Shown one piece after another: positions 10,163 through 17,671 of a stretch of DNA of 43,652 nt. The DNA is taken from positions 1-43,652 of the forward strand of contig JAYEGR010000049.1 in assembly GCA_034659175.1 (NCBI GenBank), written 5' to 3'. The notes under the pieces were generated by a model. It saw only the letters and a program-made list of their open reading frames with translations, did not search any database and was not told the DNA's origin. The stretch is from Thermodesulfobacteriota bacterium (lineage in GTDB: Bacteria; Desulfobacterota; Desulfobulbia; Desulfobulbales; DAOVYS01). The position numbers and the translations under genes were made by a program. How positions within the stretch are numbered: position 1 is the first letter of the stretch; each line of letters starts with the position of its first letter.

Positions 10163-11104
10163 TTATACAATCTGGTAGCGGTTAATAATGATTTTATGAA
10201 TTGATCCTTCCGGCCACTGTTTCAGTATCCATGCGTGTAATTTTTTAACCATCTCTCCCCGTGCCAGAGAATATCTGCGAAGTTCGTAAAGTGGTTGGTT
10301 CAGGTAAAACTGATAAATCAGGTCACGGACAAAAATTCTCTTGTATTCAGGAAGTTCCCGGCCTTTTTCCAGCAATACGACAAGAGTCAGATCCAGGGAA
10401 ACAAAGGTGGTTTTCTCCTGGCTGTTTTGAGCAACAGCAGGGATGAAGAACGATGAAAACAGCCATTTTTTTCGCACTTCCTCAGACTCTGACGAAAATT
10501 CATCCGGAAGCGTTTCGTTTATCAGGGAATTTTCCGGCAGTACTCCAGTCTCCAGGGTTTGTCCTGAATTGTCTTTCGGTTGAACTTCCTGTTGGGTCTG
10601 CTGGTCCGGTTCAATTGTTGTGACAAATTCCTCTTTTGAATTCGATGACACGAATATAGCCGCAATTATCAGGCCTGCAACAACCGGAATTACGCCTGTC
10701 AGGATCTGCTGGTAGGTTTTAACAAGAAATCGTTGTTTAATGGTTGTGAAAAGAGTTTTGAGCCGGGTAATGATTTTAGCGGCAGGAGATTTTTTTTCAC
10801 CCGGAGTTTCTGCTGCCGGTTGCATAGCAGCGTCCGGACTTGCAACGGTAGTCTCATCAGCGGCAAGTGTCTCATCACTGAAATCGGGCGTGGAGCTTGT
10901 AGAAGGGGCGGGAGAATCAGTGTCAACAGGCTTTTCTGAGTCGGTCTGGAAAAAGCTGTCAGCCTCTCCTTCTTCAGGAGAGAACATGTAGTCCTCTGCC
11001 TGGAACGCCGATTCCCAGTCCTCGCCCCAATTTTCATCAGAGAAATTTTTTGAGGAATCGCCGTCAATTTCAGTATTGTTTGAATTTGGGGGGGCTTTAG
11101 CCAT
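10163..11104 (-). CDS. FliL-like membrane protein with long acidic low-complexity N-terminus
   Basis: 313 aa: a D/E/S/P-rich ~120-aa head, one TM helix (ILTGVIPVVAGLIIAAIFV), and a C-terminal ~100 aa resembling the FliL periplasmic domain (FVSLDLTLVVLLE...IFVRDLIYQFY...INRYQIV). Last gene of the flagellar block. Confidence 0.6.
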   Translation of the reverse strand: MAKAPPNSNNTEIDGDSSKNFSDENWGEDWESAFQAEDYMFSPEEGEADSFFQTDSEKPVDTDSPAPSTSSTPDFSDETLAADETTVASPDAAMQPAAETPGEKKSPAAKIITRLKTLFTTIKQRFLVKTYQQILTGVIPVVAGLIIAAIFVSSNSKEEFVTTIEPDQQTQQEVQPKDNSGQTLETGVLPENSLINETLPDEFSSESEEVRKKWLFSSFFIPAVAQNSQEKTTFVSLDLTLVVLLEKGRELPEYKRIFVRDLIYQFYLNQPLYELRRYSLARGEMVKKLHAWILKQWPEGSIHKIIINRYQIV

Positions 11105-11223
11105 GATGGATGGCGGGTTCCCGGGTCAGCGCCTATCCACAAGCGGCATACGCGCTTAGGGCTCGCTCAAAAATACGGAAAGAATCACCAGCAATTAGTA
11201 ATTGTCAATTTAACTTCAACTAC

Positions 11224-11249
11224 TTATTGGGATAAAAAATCCTTATTTA
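11224..11249 (-). promoter_or_regulatory. possible sigma28 (FliA)-type promoter upstream of the FliL-like gene
   Basis: The minus strand reads TAAA-N14-CCCAATAA. The remembered consensus is TAAA-N15-GCCGATAA, so the -10 block matches 6 of 8 positions. Confidence 0.25.
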
Positions 11250-11280
11250 GTACCTTTAAAAAATTTCGGTTTATCTGGGT
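11249..11280 (-). promoter_or_regulatory. conserved 32-nt leader motif (copy 1) upstream of the FliL-like gene
   Basis: AGTACCTTTAAAAAATTTCGGTTTATCTGGGT matches 23377-23408 at 27 of 32 positions by manual alignment. Both copies lie upstream of FliL-family genes on the minus strand. Confidence 0.5.
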
Positions 11281-11316
11281 AAGCGCCATGGGGATATGCA
11301 CTCGGGTGGATACGGA

Positions 11317-11697
11317 TTAAGTCAATACCTTGTCGATTTTTTCTCCAAGAGTTTCAGCTGTGAACGGCTTGACAATGTACTGGCTGACCTTGGCCTTGAC
11401 GGCCAGGATGATGTTGTCCTGCTGTGCCTCCGCTGTCACCATAATGAACGGGGTGTCGGCCATTTCAGCATTGCCGCGTACATTTTTCAAGAGATCAAGG
11501 CCGGTCATCTTGGGCATGTTCCAGTCAGAGATGATCAGATCCACTTTTTCTTTCTCCAGAATTTCCAATGCCGTTGTGCCGTCATCAGCCTCGACGATGT
11601 TGTTGTAACCCAACTGTTTAAGGATATTCTTTACTATCCGGCGCATGGTGGCAAAATCGTCGACAACAAGAACTTTCATATTGGTGGTGTCTGCCAT
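11317..11697 (-). CDS. cheY: chemotaxis response regulator CheY
   Basis: 126 aa single receiver. VLVVDDFATMRR, phospho-acceptor context ISDWNMPKMTG, conserved K in YIVKPF. Confidence 0.93.
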   Translation of the reverse strand: MADTTNMKVLVVDDFATMRRIVKNILKQLGYNNIVEADDGTTALEILEKEKVDLIISDWNMPKMTGLDLLKNVRGNAEMADTPFIMVTAEAQQDNIILAVKAKVSQYIVKPFTAETLGEKIDKVLT

Positions 11698-11783
11698 ATT
11701 ACCCCCTTAAAGAGTTTAATTTTATTTTATGCATTTTTTATAAGAATTTTCAAGAATGAACTTAGAATTTTTTGATTTTTTTG

Positions 11784-11960
11784 ATGCCTATACGGCTTGA
11801 TGCCGGGAAATAGCTAACGCCACCAAATTTGAAATTGTAAATGTTTGGCAGCGCTTCACAGGGAGGTGAGCAGGCTGGTCAGCAGATAAGCGCAGACTTC
11901 GATACTTTGGTATGCTGGGCAGCCTGATCGCCTTCCTGTGGAGTGCTGCTGAATATTTAC
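11784..11960 (-). mobile_element. MITE-like element, family A, copy A2 (long-loop variant, degenerate left end)
   Basis: Reverse-complement match to A1 across the body. Intact right end GCTGAATATTTAC. The left end has decayed (ATGCCTATACGGC). T-rich 8-mers flank it (TTTTTTTG / TTTTTTTT). It carries the same ~19-nt apical insertion (AGATAAGCGCAGACTTCGA) as A3. Confidence 0.75.
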
Positions 11961-12010
11961 TTTTTTTTATTTTATCATAGCGGCCCATGGAAGTAAAGAT
12001 CTGGCCCGGC

Positions 12011-12793
12011 TTAAACGGTTAAGGCTTTTTTCAGTTTTGATCGAAGGCGGAACATGGCCTTGCTGTGCATTTGAGAGATACGGGACTCGGTATATCCCAG
12101 GATCCGGCCGATTTCCTTCATGGTGAGTTCTTCAAAATAATACAAAGAGACTGCGAGTTTTTCCTTTTCCGGCAGTTCCATGATCGCTTTGGCCACATGG
12201 TCGCGAATCTCGGAAAGACTGATCGCGGCAAACGGATCTTTGTCACTGTCGGTGAACGAATCCGTAATACCGGTATCCATGGTTCCCGGTGCCTTCTGAC
12301 GAAGAAATTCGATATCCATAAAGGTGACGGTTTTGGTCTCGTCAAGCAGCTTGTAAAATCCGTCAAGCGAGATGTCCATAAATTTGGCCGCTTCTTCATC
12401 GGTGGCGGGCCGGCCCAGTTTTTTTTCCAGGTTGGAATAGGTTTTTTCAAGGGCGGTTACCTTTCTCCGGATCGATCTGGGCATCCAGTCAAGGGAACGG
12501 AGTTCATCAAGCATTGCCCCTTTTATACGGAATTCAGCGTATGTCTTGAACTGAACATTTTTGGAAGTATCAAATTTATCTATTGCATCGATCAGACCGA
12601 TGATTCCGCTGCTGATCAGGTCGTCAATTGCAACGTGCGGCGGCAGTCTGGAGGTTAAACGGGCGGCAATATACTTGATCAACGGCGTGTAGTTTATGAT
12701 CAGGTCATTGCGCTTCTCCGCATCCAGTCGCCCGGACCGGCTGAAATAGGCCTGAGTGTAATCTTTTAATTTTGGGGATTGGTGTTTATTCAT
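12011..12793 (-). CDS. fliA: flagellar RNA polymerase sigma factor FliA (sigma28)
   Basis: 260 aa. Sigma70 region 2 (LISSGIIGLIDAIDKFD), region 3 and region 4 (LYYFEELTMKEIGRILGYTESRISQMH). Located after flhF-flhG. Confidence 0.93.
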   Translation of the reverse strand: MNKHQSPKLKDYTQAYFSRSGRLDAEKRNDLIINYTPLIKYIAARLTSRLPPHVAIDDLISSGIIGLIDAIDKFDTSKNVQFKTYAEFRIKGAMLDELRSLDWMPRSIRRKVTALEKTYSNLEKKLGRPATDEEAAKFMDISLDGFYKLLDETKTVTFMDIEFLRQKAPGTMDTGITDSFTDSDKDPFAAISLSEIRDHVAKAIMELPEKEKLAVSLYYFEELTMKEIGRILGYTESRISQMHSKAMFRLRSKLKKALTV

Positions 12794-12803
12794 GCCTGAC
12801 TTT

Positions 12804-13002
12804 GTAAATATTCGGCTTTATGCCGGAAAACAGCTAGAACCACCAAATTGTAAATGTTTGGCAGCGCTTCACAGGGAGGTGAGCAGGCTGATCAGCAGAT
12901 AAGCGCAGACTTCGATACTTTGGTATGCTGGGCAGCCTGATCGCCTTCCTGTGGAGTGCTGCCGAATATTTACCTTCCTGTGGAGTGTTGTCGAATATTT
13001 AC
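12804..13002 (-). mobile_element. MITE-like element, family A, copy A3 (long-loop variant with duplicated end)
   Basis: TIRs GTAAATATTCGGC / GCCGAATATTTAC. The last 29 nt are tandemly repeated (CTTCCTGTGGAGTGTTGTCGAATATTTAC). Perfect 8-bp direct repeat CTGACTTT at 12796-12803 and 13003-13010. Confidence 0.88.
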
Positions 13003-13008
13003 CTGACT

Positions 13009-13908
13009 TTATAGATTGAACAGCCCCTGCCAGAAAAATTTAATATTACCGTCCGCCTTGAGGTCCGGATCTTCCCGGCTGATCCGGTCCGAGAGTTTTT
13101 TGAATTTTTTGCTTGATGCTGAATCAGGGTATAACTCCACCACAAGGCGTTGTTTCTTAACTGCTAATAGTAATTTATTATCATAAGGAATAAATCCAAG
13201 AAAATCCAGGGAAAGTGTATTTAAAAAACGATCAGCCACCAGGCTTAACTGACGAAAAACCGCCAGAGCTTCTTTTTCTGAACGGACGAGGTTTATCAGT
13301 ATCCGGAATTTTTTAACGTCATGACGGGTGGACAGTACTTTGATCATTGCATAGGCATCTGTTAGAGATGTAGGCTCCGGAGACAAGAGGATGATGCGCT
13401 CCTGGGCCGCCAGAGTAAAATAGATCACGTTGTTGTTGATGCCGGCTGCAGTATCAATGAGCAGGATGTCGATTTTGCTCCCCAGAGACTCCATTTCACC
13501 AAGAAAGTAGAGTTTCTGACTTTCCGTCAGATTTGACATTTCCATTATCCCGGAACTGGCCGGAAGTATAAAAATTCCTCCAGGGCCTTCAACCAGGACA
13601 TCCGGCAGGGCCTTTTCGCCGATAAAGACATGATGCAGGTTGAATCTGGGCGTAAGACCAAGAAGGACATCGACATTTGCCAGGTTCAGGTCTGCGTCAA
13701 GGACAAGCACCTTTTTCCCTGCTTTACTGAGGGAATAGGCCAGATTCGTGACAACATTGGTCTTCCCGACGCCCCCCTTTCCGCTGGTTACGCAGATCAC
13801 CCTTGGCATGGAACCGCTTTCTGTCAGTTTATCATAAATAGTTGAACCCTGAACAGTTGCAAGCTGTGTTTGAGTCATCATCTTTTCCAATGTCTCTGCT
13901 TGGTTCAT
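13009..13908 (-). CDS. flhG: flagellar number regulator FlhG (MinD/ParA-type ATPase)
   Basis: Deviant Walker A SGKGGVGKTN, 299 aa, positioned directly after flhF. Confidence 0.9.
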   Translation of the reverse strand: MNQAETLEKMMTQTQLATVQGSTIYDKLTESGSMPRVICVTSGKGGVGKTNVVTNLAYSLSKAGKKVLVLDADLNLANVDVLLGLTPRFNLHHVFIGEKALPDVLVEGPGGIFILPASSGIMEMSNLTESQKLYFLGEMESLGSKIDILLIDTAAGINNNVIYFTLAAQERIILLSPEPTSLTDAYAMIKVLSTRHDVKKFRILINLVRSEKEALAVFRQLSLVADRFLNTLSLDFLGFIPYDNKLLLAVKKQRLVVELYPDSASSKKFKKLSDRISREDPDLKADGNIKFFWQGLFNL

Positions 13909-13938
13909 TCTGTTTCCTTTGATTTTAAATAGTTGTTT

Positions 13939-14054
13939 AGGTAGAAGGCCGAAGGTATAAGGTAGAAGGTTGAAGGTATAAGGGCAAACGTCTGTTAACC
14001 TTCAGCCTAAATCCCTTCAACCTTCTACCTTCTACCTAAAACCTTCAACCTAAA
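13939..14054. repeat. two inverted arrays of heptanucleotide repeats (AGGNNNA x7, 10-nt spacer, complementary ACCTNNN-type units x8)
   Basis: Read directly: AGGTAGA AGGCCGA AGGTATA AGGTAGA AGGTTGA AGGTATA AGGGCAA, then acgtctgtta, then ACCTTCA GCCTAAA TCCCTTCA ACCTTCT ACCTTCT ACCTAAA ACCTTCA ACCTAAA. The region fills the flhF-flhG intergenic space. Confidence 0.85.
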
Positions 14055-14062
14055 AATTTTCA

Positions 14063-15229
14063 TCATGAGGCCATGGCCGTGTTCCAGCCCTGTCCGAAGA
14101 GTTTGTTGATAAAGTCATACGAGGCCATTTGAAAGTCTTCCGGAACCCGTTGGCCCGTGCATACACACGAAACCGGCAGGCATGATGAAACAACCTGCTG
14201 ACAGAGTGCGGCATATGCCCTGGTTTCATCCAGTTTAGTCAGTATGATTCCATTTACTGAAAGCGGACTGTAAGCATTAGTCATACTGGCCAGATCCTCT
14301 TTTTTAGTAGTGGCGCTTATGACCAGGTATGGGTTAATGGAATTAAGAGGCTCAAACCAGCTTTCAAGTTCGGGAACGTGCCTGCTGTCATATGGACTTT
14401 TCCCTGCTGTATCGATTATGATCAGGTCTTTGTCACTGTGTTTTGCAACAGCTTTTACCAGGTCCTGTTTTCTTAAAACAATTTCGCATGGTAATTTCAT
14501 GATTTGTGAATAGGTTCGGAGTTGGTCCGTGGCGCCTATCCTGTAACAATCCATTGAAATAAGCGCCACTTTGCGTCTTTCCCGCAGACTGAACCATGCT
14601 GCAATTTTGGCGACGGTTGTGGTCTTGCCCACACCTGTTGCCCCAACAAGGCATATTAACGTTTGCGGTTTTTCCTTTACCTGATGCGTCAAGGGAATGA
14701 CCTGAACCTGTTTGATGAGTTCATTTCGCCACCTTGTCACTTCTTTTGGGTCTGGTTTATCGGGTATTGTTTCGGTCGGTACGTGGGGAATCTGTTTTTT
14801 GTTTTCAGGGGGAGATGTTGCTTTTGAAGTAATATGCGTATTTAAAAGAGCGGAGAAACGTTTCTTAAGATCCAGGGCCTCCAAACTTGCAGGCTGTTGT
14901 TTTATTATTGGGATCTCGCCGGGAATCAATATGGCCTTTTCAGGAGTTAAGGAGTTTGATGCCTTTTTGATAATATCATTTTTAGTCCGCTTTTTCGGTG
15001 CGTAACCGTATTCCGTAACAGGAATCTCAACCGGTTGCCGCTCCTTGCCGTCATAATCTATGGCAGCCACAACTTCGACAAGGGACGAGTTGTGATTTTT
15101 CTTTTTACCGTTACGTCTTGATGGGGAAATGTTCCTCGTTGTGAGGATAAGAGCGTCATTTCCCATTTCATTTTTGATCATGGCAAGGGCCGTCCTGGTG
15201 TCCGGGGCCTCAAATCTTTTGATCCTCAT
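14063..15229 (-). CDS. flhF: flagellar biosynthesis GTPase FlhF (SRP family)
   Basis: 388 aa. G1 LVGATGVGKTTT, DTAG, TKLDE motifs. Lies between flhA and flhG. Confidence 0.92.
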   Translation of the reverse strand: MRIKRFEAPDTRTALAMIKNEMGNDALILTTRNISPSRRNGKKKNHNSSLVEVVAAIDYDGKERQPVEIPVTEYGYAPKKRTKNDIIKKASNSLTPEKAILIPGEIPIIKQQPASLEALDLKKRFSALLNTHITSKATSPPENKKQIPHVPTETIPDKPDPKEVTRWRNELIKQVQVIPLTHQVKEKPQTLICLVGATGVGKTTTVAKIAAWFSLRERRKVALISMDCYRIGATDQLRTYSQIMKLPCEIVLRKQDLVKAVAKHSDKDLIIIDTAGKSPYDSRHVPELESWFEPLNSINPYLVISATTKKEDLASMTNAYSPLSVNGIILTKLDETRAYAALCQQVVSSCLPVSCVCTGQRVPEDFQMASYDFINKLFGQGWNTAMAS

Positions 15230-15292
15230 AGTCCAGTACTCTATGATAATTGTTTTTGTGATTTTTTGATTGAGTATTTAAATCCCAACAAG

Positions 15293-15330
15293 CCTTTGAA
15301 TCTCTGAACCCTGAACCTCTTAACCTTTAT
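15293..15330. repeat. short degenerate GAACC(T)-type heptamer-like repeat in the flhA-flhF spacer
   Basis: CCTTTGA ATCTCTGAACC CTGAACC TCTTAACC TTTATC. Same flavour as the arrays at 13939, 34242 and 43507. Confidence 0.4.
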
Positions 15331-17436
15331 CTACCCCTTCGGGTTAACTTCAATGGTGCCCAGTGACCGGATTTTCGCCTGTGTTGTCAGCTCGCTGTGC
15401 GAGATTACCGTGACCTGTGGCATGAACTGTTTAATAAAGCGCTGCAGATGCATGCGTATGACAGGCGAACAGATCACAAGGGGCGGATAGCCCTCATTGG
15501 ATATTTTTTCAACCGATGTCCCGATTGAGTCAAGAATTTGTGTTGCCAGATTCGGTTCAATGGACAGGTAGGCGCCATGATCGCTTTTTCGGATTGATTC
15601 ACGGATAAGATCCTCGACTTTGGTGGCCAGTGTCAGTACGGAGAGGTTTCCTTCCTCGTCAATAAAGGCGCTGACAATTGATCTGGCCAGTTTCTGCCGC
15701 ACGTACTCGGTCAGGGTGTCCGGGTCCTTACTTATATATGCAAAATCAGCCAGTGTCTCGCAGATTGTGAGAAGATCGCGGATCGAGACCCGCTCCCGTA
15801 AAAGATTCTGGAGAACTTTCTGCACTCCGCCCAGGCTAAGCAGGTTCGGAACCAGTTCTTCAATCACCTTTGGATGGGTTTTGGCAAGATTATCAAGGAG
15901 TTTCTGTGTGTCCTGACGACCGAGCAGTTCATCTGCATGTGCCCTGAGCAGCTCCGTCATGTGAGTGGCCACAACGGTTGACGGATCGACCACGGTATAG
16001 CCGGCCACCTGGGCCTCATCCTTCTTGTCTTCAGTAATCCATATGGCTGGAAGCCCGAATGCCGGCTCTTTTGTCGGAATTCCATCAATTTTGCGTTTAG
16101 CTGCTCCGGAATCCATGGCAAGGAGATATTCCATCATCACATCTCCGCGGGTGATTTCGATTCCCTTGAGCAAAAGGACGTATTCATCCGGTTTGATCTG
16201 GAGATTGTCACGTACGTGAAGGGGCGGAATGATCAGACCCATTTCCATTGCAAACTGCCTTCTAATGGCCCTGATTCGTTCAAGGAGGTCACCTTCCTTG
16301 GTTTCGTCGACCAATGGAATAAGAGCGTAGCCCACCTCGAGTTGCAGTGTGTCCAGAGGCAGAAGGCTCTCAACCGTTTCCGGCGCTCCAGGGGGAGGTT
16401 CGGTTTCTTTTATTTCTTCCTCCTTTTCTTCTGTTTTCCTCTTGGCTTCATTTTGAAAGGCGAAGAATGCCAGGCCTCCCATTAGCGTTGCCAGTATGAG
16501 AAACGGGACGTGAGGAAGGCCGGGTATCAATCCGAACAGGAAGATAATCCCTGATGTAACGGCCAGGGCCTGCGGCTGCAACCCGAACTGTTTGGCGAAT
16601 TCCGATCCCATGCTCTTGTCCGAGGCTGCGCGGCTCACGATTATACCGGCCGAGGTGGAGATGATAAGGGCCGGAATCTGGGATACCAGGCCGTCTCCAA
16701 TAGTCAGGAGGGTGTAAGTCTCGGCTGCCGTGCCGAATGGCATGCCCTGTTTTAAGACACCGATTGCCCATCCGCCCATAATATTGATCACAATAATTAC
16801 TATGGAGGCAATTGCCTCGCCGCGTACAAATTTGGCTGCACCGTCCATGGCCCCGTAAAATTCGGCCTGCCTGGAGATCTCCATCCTGCGATTTTTCGCG
16901 CCCTGCTCATCGATCAGTCCGGCATTCAAGTCCGCGTCAATGGCCATCTGCTTGCCCGGCATTGCATCAAGAGTGAAGCGGGCCGCCACTTCCGCGATTC
17001 GTCCCGAACCTTTTGTGATGACAATAAAATTGATCAGCACAAGAATCGCGAAAATGATAATGCCCACACCGTAGTCTCCTCCTATGACAAAATTGCCGAA
17101 TGAATTGATCACCTGGCCCACCGCGCCTTTACCTTCATGTCCGTGCAGGAGGATCAGCCGAGTGGACGCGATGTTCAAAGACAGCCTGAACAGTGTCGAG
17201 ATCAGGAGCACTGAAGGAAATGAGGAGAAATCAAGTGGCCGGGTGTTGTACATGGACATGAGCAGGATGACCAGTCCTATAGTGATGTTCAGAGAAAGAA
17301 GCAGGTCCAGGATAACTGTGGGCAGTGGAATAATCATGATTATGAGTATTCCGACAACACCGACAGCCACAATGAGACTCGTGGACTCCATGTTAAAGGT
17401 ACTCACTCCTGGTATTGTCCCAGTATTGTCAGCCAT
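15331..17436 (-). CDS. flhA: flagellar type III export protein FlhA
   Basis: 701 aa. N-terminal polytopic TM region, the FHIPEP-like segment, and a large cytoplasmic C-domain. Confidence 0.96.
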   Translation of the reverse strand: MADNTGTIPGVSTFNMESTSLIVAVGVVGILIIMIIPLPTVILDLLLSLNITIGLVILLMSMYNTRPLDFSSFPSVLLISTLFRLSLNIASTRLILLHGHEGKGAVGQVINSFGNFVIGGDYGVGIIIFAILVLINFIVITKGSGRIAEVAARFTLDAMPGKQMAIDADLNAGLIDEQGAKNRRMEISRQAEFYGAMDGAAKFVRGEAIASIVIIVINIMGGWAIGVLKQGMPFGTAAETYTLLTIGDGLVSQIPALIISTSAGIIVSRAASDKSMGSEFAKQFGLQPQALAVTSGIIFLFGLIPGLPHVPFLILATLMGGLAFFAFQNEAKRKTEEKEEEIKETEPPPGAPETVESLLPLDTLQLEVGYALIPLVDETKEGDLLERIRAIRRQFAMEMGLIIPPLHVRDNLQIKPDEYVLLLKGIEITRGDVMMEYLLAMDSGAAKRKIDGIPTKEPAFGLPAIWITEDKKDEAQVAGYTVVDPSTVVATHMTELLRAHADELLGRQDTQKLLDNLAKTHPKVIEELVPNLLSLGGVQKVLQNLLRERVSIRDLLTICETLADFAYISKDPDTLTEYVRQKLARSIVSAFIDEEGNLSVLTLATKVEDLIRESIRKSDHGAYLSIEPNLATQILDSIGTSVEKISNEGYPPLVICSPVIRMHLQRFIKQFMPQVTVISHSELTTQAKIRSLGTIEVNPKG

Positions 17437-17537
17437 CTTTTTGCTTCCGGTTGTTTTGGTGGGAACAGCCCACCCTGCAAAATTCTTTTATGTTATTCGT
17501 TTTTCTACCGTAACGGTCTGAAATTACGACTTGCCTT

Positions 17538-17669
17538 GTAAACGTTCACAGGTGCTGTAGCTGTGCGTGATCAGGGCAATCAGCTATAGTCAACCTATGC
17601 TGGTTGCCCTGATCACGCGCAGGTAAGCGAGCCTGCGAGACTCCGGATGCAGTGCCTGTGGACGTTTGC
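17538..17669 (+). mobile_element. palindromic MITE-like element, family B, copy B1
   Basis: Outer arms GTAAACGTTCACAGGTGC / GCAGTGCCTGTGGACGTTTGC. Inner arms GTGCGTGATCAGGGC / GCCCTGATCACGCGC around a CTATAGTCAACCTATG centre. Asymmetric module GCAGGTAAGCGAGCCTGCGAGACTCCGG. Related copies at 33456-33587 and 40745-40894. Confidence 0.8.
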
Positions 17670-17671
17670 AA

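Noticed and set aside
10699-11142. 147-aa alternative-frame ORF overlapping the 5' half of the FliL-like gene on the same strand.
   Set aside because: It is a frame-shifted reading of a low-complexity region. The longer ORF, with its TM helix and FliL-like C-terminus, is the coherent product.
13939-14054. Possible CRISPR array. The same question applies to 43507-43583.
   Set aside because: The period is 7 nt with no spacers. These are heptamer tandem repeats, not repeat-spacer units, and no cas genes are nearby.
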